This document shows, piece after piece, positions 29,347 through 39,505 of a DNA stretch of 64,000 nt. Made by a program: the position numbers and the translations under genes. Source of the DNA: Alphaproteobacteria bacterium (GTDB taxonomy: Bacteria; Pseudomonadota; Alphaproteobacteria; UBA828); NCBI GenBank assembly GCA_963422645.2, contig CAXXVO010000009.1:96001-160000 (forward strand). Direction: 5' to 3'. The notes under the pieces are model-generated. The model saw only the letters and a list, made by a program, of their open reading frames with translations. It did not search any database and was not told where the DNA came from. Each line of letters starts with the position of its first letter. Within the stretch, counting starts at the first letter, position 1.

Positions 29347-31706
29347 TCAGACTTCCTGACCTCTGCTGATTTTAGGTGACACGAGCCGCGCGGATTCCGA
29401 GGCCCCGTCGATGTCGTAGACTATGCGCAGACGGGTGCCGGGGAAGACCGTTTCGGTGGCGTTCAGGTCGCTCAGAACCGCATCGATCCAACGGTCGCAG
29501 GCGTCGTTTGCGAGGCCAAGAATGTGGACCCGCAGGAGGCCATTGCCAGGATCCGGCAGGATGTCGGCATCGGCGGTGAGCAGCGCTTGAAGCAGTTTCC
29601 GGGGATGGGGCTTGTGGCCCTGCGCCTGCATGACGGGAAGCATCATGCGGGTTTCGGCGCGGTAGGCGATCATCCGGATGACGTCGAGGAGGAGGCGCTC
29701 GCGCGCGGGCAAGGCATCGAGCTGCTCGGCTTCGTCGAGGTCGCCGGCCCGGCAGTGCTTGGGCGTCTCCCTGCGGCTGGCCCTGACGATGTCGCGGACA
29801 TCCTGGAGGTCCCTGACTTCCCTCCTGAGTTCCGCCGTCGGCTGCTTCTTCCGGGCCGTGTCGGCGATGCGGTTGCGCAGGCGGCCAAGCTGGCGGTCGA
29901 GGCGATGGATTGCCTTGTCATAGGCCCGCCGCAGCGGGTTGACGACCATGGCGGCGGGATCGAGAGGCTCGAGCTCGTGGGTCGGCAGGGCGTCGAGATT
30001 GAACTCGTCACGCATGTACTTGAAGAAGTTCTCCTGCGACCAGCGCGAGAACATGGCGCCCGCAACCTCAGCCATCGGCTTGTGCGGATCGGTGGTGATC
30101 AGCGGCACCTGACGGCCGTTGTCGAGCAGGCGGCGGATCTGGCGCACCCTGAAGCCGTTCGGCAACGTCACCGGCTTCTCAGCCAGCCGCATGGTGGCGC
30201 TGCCGTCCGCCGCCGGTCCGTGAATGGGAACGGTCATCGCGCCGAAGTCCTCGGCCGGCCAGTCCTCGCCCCTGAAGTTCTTGTGCCAGGTCAGGCAGGC
30301 GACGCCGCGCCTCGCCAGCCGGCGGAACAGATCCGGGCTCCAGCCCTCGCGGTCGAAGACCAGGGTGAGCGCCGGCTGGCCGGGATGCTCGGCGGTCAGG
30401 TCCGGCGCCCCGGCGCCAACGATCCCAAGCTCCTGCAGCGCCGGCACCACGTCGGCTTCGATGGCCGCGACCATCTTCGGGTCCAGCGGCTTGTGCAGAC
30501 AGAGCAGCGGCTTGCCGCCCAGAGCGTTGATCCAGTAGCTGGCGCTCGCCGGCAGGCACAGCTTCTCGCGCGAGACGAAGTGCTTGGGCAAGCGCCCCTT
30601 GCGGCCGGAGTAGACCTTGACGTGCCCGTCGATGGCCAGCGTCGCCCAGAGCTCCGGCTCGTCGGCGCCTGCCAGCGCCTGGCAAGGGCGAGCTGCCACG
30701 CCCGCACGCCGGCCTCGTCGTCGGCGATGAGAGCGATCTTGCGGCGCAGCGTCTTGACCTCGGGGCAGCGATCGAGGCCGAGAATGGCGCCCCATTCGCC
30801 CGGCGCCTGGTAGCGCAGGCTCTCGGGGTTGCGCACCCGCGCCAAGGTCATGAAGGCCAGGAAGAGCAGGATCGTAGGCAAGCCGTAATAGCCCTTCGGC
30901 AGCAATGGCAGGAGACCGGTCTCGGAGAGAAGACCTTCCTTCAGCAGGGCCGGCAGGGCGGCGAGCACGCCGCCGAAGCGGACACCGCGGGCGGCGGCGG
31001 CGAACTGCGGTTCGACCGGCCCCGCCTGTCCACAACTGGCCAGAACCCGAGCCGGAACATCGCAAGTCGCACGCCCCATCGGCGCCTGCCGGTCCCGCCG
31101 ATCGCGCGCGCTGCGATCCGTTTGCGGCTGCGCTTCCAGCCCCGGCGCCGTCTCCGGCCCCGGGGCACCGGTACTCTCTTCATCGACACGGCCTTCAGGA
31201 GCCGCACCCGCGTCAGGCGGCGCAGCCAGCGCTGAGCGTCCGGGCTCCCCATCCGCCTCCGTGTTGCCGATCAGTCCCTGACGGCGCCACTTGTTGACCG
31301 ATGGCGCTGACACGCCGAGAACCCGGGCCGCCGCAGAGCCGCTCAGGCCCGATGCCAGCAACGCCGTCGCCTTCTCCGCCAACTCCGGAGTGAACACCGA
31401 CGGCCCGCGACCGCGCCGGGGCTTCATGAACCCCGCTTCGCCCTCGGCCAGGTAGCGCCGTCGTGCGCGCTGCACCGTCGCGCGCGAGACAGCGAAAGCG
31501 TCAGCCAGTTCCTGCGGCGAGACCGCGCTGATCGCCGCGAGGCGGCCGATCCGCAAGAGCATGGCCGTGCGGTCATCGGCGGCGTGGCTGTCAAAGGGAA
31601 TGAGGTTGGAAAAGTAGGTGAAGGTGTCGTCCGAGATCAGGACGGCGAAGCAGCTGTTGCCGATCGAGACCGCCTCTGGAGGGCACATTGGGAGGGTACT
31701 GGGCAT
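29347..31706 (-). pseudogene. HTH + DDE transposase of element A (~785 aa), frameshift near 30667
   Basis: HTH (ELADAFAVSRATVQR), LAIDGHVKVY, LVFDREGW, RWSQENFFKYM; encoded in two overlapping frames. Confidence 0.82.
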
Positions 31707-31860
31707 GGTTGAGACCGTGCAATTGGTATCAAATTATAATATCAGACCTCGGGCGCGACACCCAGCGAAAAACCGCCTGAAACAACCGAAATGTATCAGA
31801 ATTCAAGGAGTTCCCGGCACGCTGCCCAGAACAGCCAGCATCACGAGGTCAGGAAGTCTG
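29348..31860 (-). mobile_element. Unclassified IS-like element A, copy 1 (2513 bp)
   Basis: Perfect 16-bp IR CAGACTTCCTGACCTC / GAGGTCAGGAAGTCTG; 5-bp direct repeat AGGTT at 29343-29347 and 31861-31865. Confidence 0.9.
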
Positions 31861-31907
31861 AGGTTATCTCGCCTATGGGTTGCACTCTCGCATGAGAGGA
31901 GCAGCCG

Positions 31908-32576
31908 GTGGGGTATTTCGGGTCGAAGGCGACGACCGGTCTGAGCCAGGCGCTGATTGCGCTGATGCCGCCGCACTCTGTCTATATCGAGAGCCATCTT
32001 GGGGGCGGGGCGCTGATGAAGCGCAAGCCTGCGGCCATGCGCTCGATCGGGATCGACCGCGACGAGCGGGCGCTTGAGGCCTTTGGCTGCGACTACCCGG
32101 TGGAGTTGGTGCACGGCTGCGCCCATTCCTTCCTGGCCTCGTTCCCGTTTCTGGGCCCGGAGCTGGTCTACAGCGATCCGCCCTATCTGCACGCGACCCG
32201 GCGTTCGTCGCAGCGCTACCGCTTCGAGTACGAGGAGGCCGACCACGTCGCGCTCCTCGAACTGCTCAAGGGTCTGCCCTGCCAGGTGATGGTCTCGGGC
32301 CACCCGTCTGCGCTCTATGACGAGCTGCTGGCGGGCTGGCGCCGGCTGGCGCTGCAGGTGACGACCCAGGCCCAGGTGCGGACCGAGGTCGTGTGGTTCA
32401 ACTTCGCGCCTGACCGGGTGCACTGGGCGAGCTTCGCCGGCCGGAACTTCACCGAGCGCCAGTGCATCAAGCGCAAGGCGGCCAACTGGGGCCGGCGCTA
32501 CGAGGCCATGCCGGCGGGCGAACGCCTGGCGGTGCTGGCCGCGATCATGGCCGTCGAGGCCGACGAGGGTTCGTGA
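31908..32576 (+). CDS. DNA adenine methyltransferase (Dam/D12-like)
   Basis: YFGSK, YIESHLGGGA, YSDPPY, VMVSG, RTEVVWFNF. Confidence 0.9.
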   Translation: MGYFGSKATTGLSQALIALMPPHSVYIESHLGGGALMKRKPAAMRSIGIDRDERALEAFGCDYPVELVHGCAHSFLASFPFLGPELVYSDPPYLHATRRSSQRYRFEYEEADHVALLELLKGLPCQVMVSGHPSALYDELLAGWRRLALQVTTQAQVRTEVVWFNFAPDRVHWASFAGRNFTERQCIKRKAANWGRRYEAMPAGERLAVLAAIMAVEADEGS

Positions 32577-34114
32577 CAGTGTCGCGCTGGCACGAGGACC
32601 TCGCTGCCCACGACGAGGCCTTCGCGTGCCTGCAGGACCTTTTCACCCCACAATCCTTCGCAATGACCGCCGTCAAAGCCATTCGGGAATGGGGCCAGGG
32701 GTTGCTGCGCCTGAGCGCGGCCCTGGTCAAGGAGAACGACGCGCTGGAGCGGGAGAACGCCCGCTTGCGCGAGCGGATCGCCGAACTCGAGCGCAGCGCC
32801 GCGCTCGACAGCACCACCAGCTCCAAGCCGCCGGCCAGCGACGGTCTGAAGAAGAAGAGCGGTGACCGGGAGAAGCGCACCCGGAGCCAGCGCGGCAAGT
32901 CCGACAGGCCCAGTGGCGGCCAGCCGGGCCACAAGGGAACTACCCTGGAGCGGACCGCGACGCCCGACCATGTCGTCGATCATGATCCGTCCGCCTGTGA
33001 GGGCTGCGGCGCGCCGCTGTCGGACGCTGACCGTCACGGAGCCCCCGTCTGCCGGCAGGTCTTCGATGTGCCCGAGCCGCAGCCCCTCGAGGTCACCGAA
33101 CATCGCGGCCATCGTTGCCTCTGCGCTGCCTGCGGCACCGTGACGACAGCCGTCTTCCCGAACGGCGTGAGCGCACCGGTCCAATACGGGCCGCGCATCA
33201 CCGCGTGGGTGACCTACCTGCTGCACGCTCAGTTCATTCCCGAGAAGCGGGTCGCCGAGGTCATGAGCGACCTCTTCGCGGTCAAGCTCTCAACAGCCAC
33301 CATCGTCGCCATGGGAAGGCGCACCGCCCGGCGCTTCGAGGGCTTCCTCGATCGCCTCGCGGAGATCATCCGCACCGCAGCCCCAGTCAAACACCTCGAC
33401 GAGACCGGCATCCGCATCGCCGCCCGGACCCATTGGCTCCATGTGCTGTGCACCCCGTTGCTCACCATCCTGCGCGTCGCCACCGGGCGCAGCCACATCG
33501 ACGAGAAGCTCAACGGCATCGTCATCCATGACGACTACGCCACCTACTTCGCTCTCGAGGGCGTGCGCCACGGGGCCTGCAACGCCCATCACCTGCGCGA
33601 GCTCCAAGCCCTCATCGAGATCGAGAAGGAAGACTGGGCAACGAGCACGCACCGGCTCCTCATCCGTGCCAACAGAGCCGCCCGCTTCGCCCACAAGAAC
33701 GACCGCGACGTGCCCGCCTCACTGGTGGCCCGCATCTCGCGAGCCTGGGACCGCATCCTCGAACGTGCCATCGCCTCTCACGAAGAAATGCCACCGCTCC
33801 AGACCGGAAAGCGCGGACGACAAAAGCGCCGCATCGGTCACAACCTCGCCCTCCGACTCCAGAAGTACAAGGAGGGGTGCCTGCGCTTCCTCACCGATCC
33901 GCGAACCCCCTTCTCCAACAACGAGGCCGAGCGCGACCTCCGAATGGGCAAGCTGCGCCAGAAAATCTCAGGCGGCTTCCGCTCGATACAAGGCGCCCGC
34001 GACTTCGCAAACCTGCGATCCGTCATCGCCACCGCTCGAAAACAGCGCTGGAATGTCCTCGAAACCCTGGCGCACCCCGATCCAATCCAGCTGATCCCCG
34101 TATTGCGCTTCTGA
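32573..34114 (+). CDS. IS66-family transposase (TnpC type)
   Basis: Leucine zipper, LDSTTSSKPPASD, GGQPGHKG, Zn finger CEGC..CAAC, HLDETG, CNAHHLREL, FSNNEAERDLR. Confidence 0.95.
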   Translation: MTVSRWHEDLAAHDEAFACLQDLFTPQSFAMTAVKAIREWGQGLLRLSAALVKENDALERENARLRERIAELERSAALDSTTSSKPPASDGLKKKSGDREKRTRSQRGKSDRPSGGQPGHKGTTLERTATPDHVVDHDPSACEGCGAPLSDADRHGAPVCRQVFDVPEPQPLEVTEHRGHRCLCAACGTVTTAVFPNGVSAPVQYGPRITAWVTYLLHAQFIPEKRVAEVMSDLFAVKLSTATIVAMGRRTARRFEGFLDRLAEIIRTAAPVKHLDETGIRIAARTHWLHVLCTPLLTILRVATGRSHIDEKLNGIVIHDDYATYFALEGVRHGACNAHHLRELQALIEIEKEDWATSTHRLLIRANRAARFAHKNDRDVPASLVARISRAWDRILERAIASHEEMPPLQTGKRGRQKRRIGHNLALRLQKYKEGCLRFLTDPRTPFSNNEAERDLRMGKLRQKISGGFRSIQGARDFANLRSVIATARKQRWNVLETLAHPDPIQLIPVLRF

Positions 34115-34409
34115 AATCCTGCGCTGCTCCGGGAAAGCGCCGCCTGACCCCTGGCTGGTCAGAACCATCAATCCATCACGTCCGAGTGCTCGGCAGAATC
34201 AGACCTGGGCAGTTACCTTAAAATATTTTGTGGGAGCAGTACCGGAGTTGCTCGCTGGCAGTGGCTTTAGGATCGGTAGAGAGCGCCTGAGCGTGGGAAA
34301 TTCAATAATCTACAGAAGAAGTCAGCAAGATTTTGAAGGAGAACTTTCCACAGTACTCCAGCCTATTGAACGTGCGTTTCGGCGTGACCAACCCATACTT
34401 ACGCAAATT

Positions 34410-35401
34410 CAGAACTCCTGACATTACGCTGGTAAGTGATTGAATCATTGAGAATGTTTTGGGAACCGCCGGCCGACCTTCGTAATGTCAAGTGTTGAGG
34501 CGAAAAGATGCGGGACGAGCGGCAGAAAGAAGCGGTCAGAATAGCAGGGTATTCCAACTAATGTCAATGATATGGGCGCTGTAAAGGGGCCTCGTAGTGA
34601 GCAGCCGAACTCGCTTACAATGCGCGGCAAAGGGGCACAACGCGGTTCAGGAACATAGCCGATGCAGCTTCAGTTTCCGCTGTGGCCGGAAAACGCCATC
34701 GTCATCTCCGAGACGCTCGCAATGGTCGAAGAGGACGGAAGGGTCGTCTTTTTCAACAGCGCGGGCCCGATCTTCACCTATGCCGAAGACGATGCCCTCG
34801 GGAAACGCCACGCAATGGCGATGCTCACTGCACAGCGTCTGGTCTCAGCCGAAGCTCTGGCAAGGGCGATGGGTGTCAGCGGGCAGACCGTCCGGCGCAA
34901 TCGTGACAAGTATCTCGACGGTGGGCTGGAGGCGCTCATCGCGAAGCCGCGTCCAAGAAAAGGATACAAGCTGGCCGGGGCCGAGCTCACCCTGGCACAG
35001 GAGCTGCTCGACGCAGGTGCGAGCGTGTCGGCAACAGGGCGTGCCGTCGGGGTCTCGGAAGGGTGCGTCAGGGCGGCGATCAAGACCGGCAAGCTGGTGA
35101 GGCCGGGCAAGCGGACGGCGCGAGGAGGCAAGGGTGCCGGGCCGGCGCAGGGTTCGGTTGCAGCTGCACCGGCGCCGGGCGCTCAGCGAACGGAAGCGCC
35201 GGTATCGTTGTCGCTCCCACAGGGCATCCTGGAGACCGGGCCGGGACCGTCGCTGCGTTCGGCGGCGGATGCGCAGTGCAGCGCCGGTGTTGCCGTCAAG
35301 CGGATTGAGGAACGGACTCTGGCGATGGCCGGCCGCCTGACGGAGGCGCCGATGCAGGTGCAGGCGGCGGAAGCGGTGCCGGGAGCCGGTGTGCTGCTGG
35401 C
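34410..35401 (+). mobile_element. Element B, a relative of element A: left end plus truncated transposase (34662-35401)
   Basis: End CAGAACTCCTGAC resembles CAGACTTCCTGAC; MQLQFPLWPENAIVI..ALARAMGVSGQTVRR..AEAVPGAGVLLA parallels the element A N-terminus. Confidence 0.8.
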
Positions 35402-35570
35402 TGTAGACGGACGAAAGTCGTTGTGAATCGGGTTAAGGGGTGGAATCAGGCGGAATCGGGCGGAAGGTGGCGGAATCTCAAGGGGATGCGCGGCGGCACG
35501 GTGGCGGTGCGGCGGCTGGCGGGCGGACGGAAGTCTTTGCGAATCCGGTCTGGAAGCGACCGTGAATCGG
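35402..35570. repeat. Three imperfect direct repeats, putative transposase-binding sites
   Basis: CGGACGAAAGTCGTTGTGAATC (35408-35429), CGGACGGAAGTCTTTGCGAATC (35524-35545), CTGGAAGCGACCGTGAATC (35550-35568). Confidence 0.65.
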
Positions 35571-35795
35571 CTGGAAACGATGATTTTCGGGGCGTTTCAG
35601 GGGTGCTGAAAGGCCCGTAAATCGGGACGGTTTCGGGGTATCGGATTCGGTCGGAAAATCCGGTGCGGGGCGCGGGTCCGGCGGCGCCCGTTCTCGAGGC
35701 TGGCGGCGGCCCGCGCCGGGCTACGGAATCGGTCCTGGAGCGGCGGGCGCCGCCGCGCTAGAGTGAGCGTGGCGACGGAAGCATTCGCAATACTC

Positions 35796-37046
35796 TCATG
35801 CCTTCGGGCGAGCGCGGGGGTTGTGGCCCGCCCGGCGCCGATTATTCCCCCTGAGCGCGTTGATCCTCGTCAAGCGCCGTCGCGCGGCTTTGAGGTCGTA
35901 GGGCTGCGCCTTATGGAGGGTCGCGAGGTAGGTCTCGGAGCCGTCCTTTGTCGCCTTGACGACGGCGCGCCGCAGGCGGCCGCTGTCTTCCATGAACCCG
36001 ATGGCGACGCGCTCACCGGACGTGAACAGCTCCCCTTCGTCGAGGATGCGCTGGACGCGGGCGTAGTCCGTGGGTTCGAGGTCCGTGTGTCTGGCGGTTT
36101 GCTTTGCGGCGCTTTCGCCGGAGAGGCGGACGGTTCGGGAGCGTGCGCCGATGGCGGCGCGGACCGGGGCGGGGAGGACGGCGAGGGGCCAGTCGGCATC
36201 GGAGGCGCCGGTAAGGTGGCGGCGGAAGAGCGCCCCGTTCCAGGGTTGGCCTATGGCGGCGCGGGCGAGTTCGTCGGGGGCGGCGTCGATCTTCCGGATC
36301 AGGCGTGCGGCGCTGTCGCGCCCCGGCCGGGCCAGGCCGACGTTGTGCTGGAAGCCGGGGTCGATGCCGATCGGGACCCGGTGGATGCGGCCGGTTCGGC
36401 GGTTGGTCCAGGGCCGGGTGCGCCCGGAGAGCGGCGGCGGGCCTGACGACACTTTATAGCCGTAGCGCTCCAGGTCGTCTTCGGAGAGCTGCTGGACGAT
36501 GCAGCGGCACTTCCATCCGTTGGGCGGGTAGTGGGTCTTCCAGAAGGGGTGATCGACGGGAAGGATGGTGCCGTGCCATGCGAGGTGGTCGGGCCTGGTG
36601 CGGGCGTCCTGGACGGCGACGTAGCGGAGCCAGGGCATGGCCTCCCTGAGGCGCTCGATGCGCTCCCATCGGCCGCGGGCGTAGGCCATGCGGATGTTGG
36701 TATCGAAGATTATGCGCAGGCGGCGGACCGAGCCGAGCTGGACGATGCGCGTCTTGCCGGTGAGGGGATCGGTCATGGGCTGCCTGCCCCACCATCCCTT
36801 GCGGACCAGGGTGGGCTGCAGCTCCCTGGCGAAGGTCTCGAAGGTTGTGCCGTCCGCGATGGCCTTGTCGGCGGCGGTGCGCAGGTCCTGGAGGATGTCG
36901 AGCTTCGCGGCCTTGGCGGCGGTGAAGGAGACCAGGTGCGCGTCTGCGTCGGTATCGCGCCAGTCGAAGCCTGTGTGGAAGCCCTTGGCGCGGAAGTGCT
37001 CGACGGCCTCTGCGGGGGGTACGTCCAGGATCTCGGGCGCGGGCAT
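35796..37046 (-). CDS. Phage head morphogenesis protein MuF/gpF with C-terminal nuclease-like extension
   Basis: EAVEHFRAKG..FDWRD, RRLRIIFDTNIRMAY, DARTRPDH.AWHG..DHPFWKTHYPPNGWKCRC, GIDPGFQHNVG. Confidence 0.9.
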   Translation of the reverse strand: MPAPEILDVPPAEAVEHFRAKGFHTGFDWRDTDADAHLVSFTAAKAAKLDILQDLRTAADKAIADGTTFETFARELQPTLVRKGWWGRQPMTDPLTGKTRIVQLGSVRRLRIIFDTNIRMAYARGRWERIERLREAMPWLRYVAVQDARTRPDHLAWHGTILPVDHPFWKTHYPPNGWKCRCIVQQLSEDDLERYGYKVSSGPPPLSGRTRPWTNRRTGRIHRVPIGIDPGFQHNVGLARPGRDSAARLIRKIDAAPDELARAAIGQPWNGALFRRHLTGASDADWPLAVLPAPVRAAIGARSRTVRLSGESAAKQTARHTDLEPTDYARVQRILDEGELFTSGERVAIGFMEDSGRLRRAVVKATKDGSETYLATLHKAQPYDLKAARRRLTRINALRGNNRRRAGHNPRARPKA

Positions 37047-37699
37047 CAGCCCTCGCCCTCGTCGAGGCCTGCGTCGCCGGAGAGGCGGGCGGAGAATGCG
37101 GTGCGGCGGAGGCGGCGGGCGATGCGGTCTGCGTTCATGTCCTCCCAGAGCTGGCGCTCGTCGAGCGCGGCACGGAAGCGGCCGAAGCTGTCGGCGTTCT
37201 CTGCGGCCTCGAGCACGGGGGCGACGGCCGGCTCCACGAGGGGCTGCCAGTCTGCGGCGATCGCGTCCACGGCGTCGTCGATGGCGTCGTCGTCGCGGGG
37301 CGCCGGACCGGCGAGGCGCGCGGGGCGGGGATCGCCGCCTGGCGTCGGGGGCGCGTCGGGGGCTTTCTCCCATTCTCCGCCGTAGACCTGCTCGACATGG
37401 GCGGGGGTGGGGCGGAGGCCCGAGGTTCGGGCGACGGTCTCCTCGCGCCTGGCGCGGGCCACGAGGTCCTCGGGGGGCGCGGTGTTGCGGGCGAGTTCGG
37501 GCACGTCTGCGCCGGGGAAGTTCCATTGGGTGAGCCAGGCGGCGACGGAGTTGCGCAGCGCGGCGGAGAGCCGTCGGGCGTCGGCGGCGACGAGGCGCTC
37601 CAGCACCTTGGCCTGGACTTCGGCGGTGCCGCGCCAGGGTCCGATCTCGGAGGTTGCGCGCTGGCCGAGGACGGCGTCCGCGATCATGCCGTCGCCCAA
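37046..37699 (-). pseudogene. Mu gp29-like portal protein (DUF935), C-terminal fragment
   Basis: IADAVLGQ..AEVQ..LVAADARRL..WNFPGA.VP; TGATG coupling to MuF. Confidence 0.75.
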
Positions 37700-38234
37700 G
37701 GCCTGGAGCGTCGCGGAACTGGCCGAGCTCTATCACGCGCGCTGGGGAATCGAGGAACTCTACAAGACCTCGAAACAGGCCATGGCCGTCGAGGCCTTCC
37801 ACAGCCAGACCGAGCGCGGCGTCCGCCAGGAGCTCTTCGCCCACTTCAACCTCATCGCCATGACCCGGCTCTTCACCAACCGCAGCAACGCAAGCCTCGA
37901 CGCCGAGCGCCCTGCCGACGGCAAGCCGGCGATGAAAGCCAACTTCAGCAACGGCCTCGCCACCGTCGCGCGCAACCTCGAAGCGCTGCTGCTGCGCCAT
38001 ACGGCGATGGTCGCCGAAACCCTCAGCCATGTCCTCTCCTGCATCAACCAGGCGCGTCAGCGCCCGCGCCCCGGCCGGTCCTGCGAACGCAGGTCGCGCA
38101 AACCCCGCGGCAAGTGGGCACGCGCAAAGCGGGCCGTCGCCTGAACACCTGAACGACAGAAACGCACGCAACCGACAGCGCAAGAACACGACTCCTTAAG
38201 TGAACAGTCGAAAACCGCTAAGTGAATGCCATTG
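37700..38234 (+). mobile_element. IS4-family remnant: transposase C-terminus (to 38144) and right IR
   Basis: LYHARWGIEELYK (YREK motif); end CTAAGTGAATGCCATTG. Confidence 0.85.
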
Positions 38235-39497
38235 CCTTGCGGCCGGAGTAGACCTTGACGTGCCCGTCGATGGCCAGCGTCGCCCAGAGCTCCGGCTCGT
38301 CGGCCTTGCCAGCGCCTGGCAAGGGCGAGCTGCCACGCCCGCACGCCGGCCTCGTCGTCGGCGATGAGAGCGATCTTGCGGCGCAGCGTCTTGACCTCGG
38401 GGCAGCGATCGAGGCCGAGAATGGCGCCCCATTCGCCCGGCGCCTGGTAGCGCAGGCTCTCGGGGTTGCGCACCCGCGCCAAGGTCATGAAGGCCAGGAA
38501 GAGCAGGATCGTAGGCAAGCCGTAATAGCCCTTCGGCAGCAATGGCAGGAGACCGGTCTCGGAGAGAAGACCTTCCTTCAGCAGGGCCGGCAGGGCGGCG
38601 AGCACGCCGCCGAAGCGGACACCGCGGGCGGCGGCGGCGAACTGCGGTTCGACCGGCCCCGCCTGTCCACAACTGGCCAGAACCCGAGCCGGAACATCGC
38701 AAGTCGCACGCCCCATCGGCGCCTGCCGGTCCCGCCGATCGCGCGCGCTGCGATCCGTTTGCGGCTGCGCTTCCAGCCCCGGCGCCGTCTCCGGCCCCGG
38801 GGCACCGGTACTCTCTTCATCGACACGGCCTTCAGGAGCCGCACCCGCGTCAGGCGGCGCAGCCAGCGCTGAGCGTCCGGGCTCCCCATCCGCCTCCGTG
38901 TTGCCGATCAGTCCCTGACGGCGCCACTTGTTGACCGATGGCGCTGACACGCCGAGAACCCGGGCCGCCGCAGAGCCGCTCAGGCCCGATGCCAGCAACG
39001 CCGTCGCCTTCTCCGCCAACTCCGGAGTGAACACCGACGGCCCGCGACCGCGCCGGGGCTTCATGAACCCCGCTTCGCCCTCGGCCAGGTAGCGCCGTCG
39101 TGCGCGCTGCACCGTCGCGCGCGAGACAGCGAAAGCGTCAGCCAGTTCCTGCGGCGAGACCGCGCTGATCGCCGCGAGGCGGCCGATCCGCAAGAGCATG
39201 GCCGTGCGGTCATCGGCGGCGTGGCTGTCAAAGGGAATGAGGTTGGAAAAGTAGGTGAAGGTGTCGTCCGAGATCAGGACGGCGAAGCAGCTGTTGCCGA
39301 TCGAGACCGCCTCTGGAGGGCACATTGGGAGGGTACTGGGCATGGTTGAGACCGTGCAATTGGTATCAAATTATAATATCAGACCTCGGGCGCGACACCC
39401 AGCGAAAAACCGCCTGAAACAACCGAAATGTATCAGAATTCAAGGAGTTCCCGGCACGCTGCCCAGAACAGCCAGCATCACGAGGTCAGGAAGTCTG
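38235..39497 (-). mobile_element. Element A copy 2, 5' half only
   Basis: Near-identical to 30597-31860; same IR, again followed by AGGTT. Confidence 0.93.
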
Positions 39498-39505
39498 AGG
39501 TTAGA

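Larger units (their letters stand above)
29238..34216 (+). mobile_element. IS66-family element with passenger methyltransferase and a nested insertion
   Basis: Ends GTAACTACCCAGGT / ACCTGGGCAGTTAC; 8-bp direct repeat CTTAAAAT at 29230-29237 and 34217-34224. Confidence 0.93.
28937..34409 (+). pseudogene. AAA/SMC-like ATPase (AAA_21/AAA_15 type), split: 28937-29237 plus 34225-34409, remainder missing
   Basis: ITSLHLLDFKNF..TLIVGANASGKSNIRDAFRFL; removing the IS66 and one CTTAAAAT gives in-frame NVYLK-YFVGAV...RRDQPILTQI. Confidence 0.85.
35402..37699 (-). mobile_element. Mu-like transposable prophage remnant (one end, MuF, portal 3' part)
   Basis: Begins TGT exactly where element B transposase similarity stops; repeated sites; phage head genes. 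Confidence 0.72.

Noticed and set aside
35402-35730. Repeats as a possible CRISPR array
   Set aside because: Degenerate, irregular spacing and no cas genes; they fit transposon end sites better.
37047-38189. N-terminal extension of the 797-aa MuF ORF
   Set aside because: Arg/Gly-rich off-frame read across IS4 and portal; MuF starts at 37046 via TGATG coupling.
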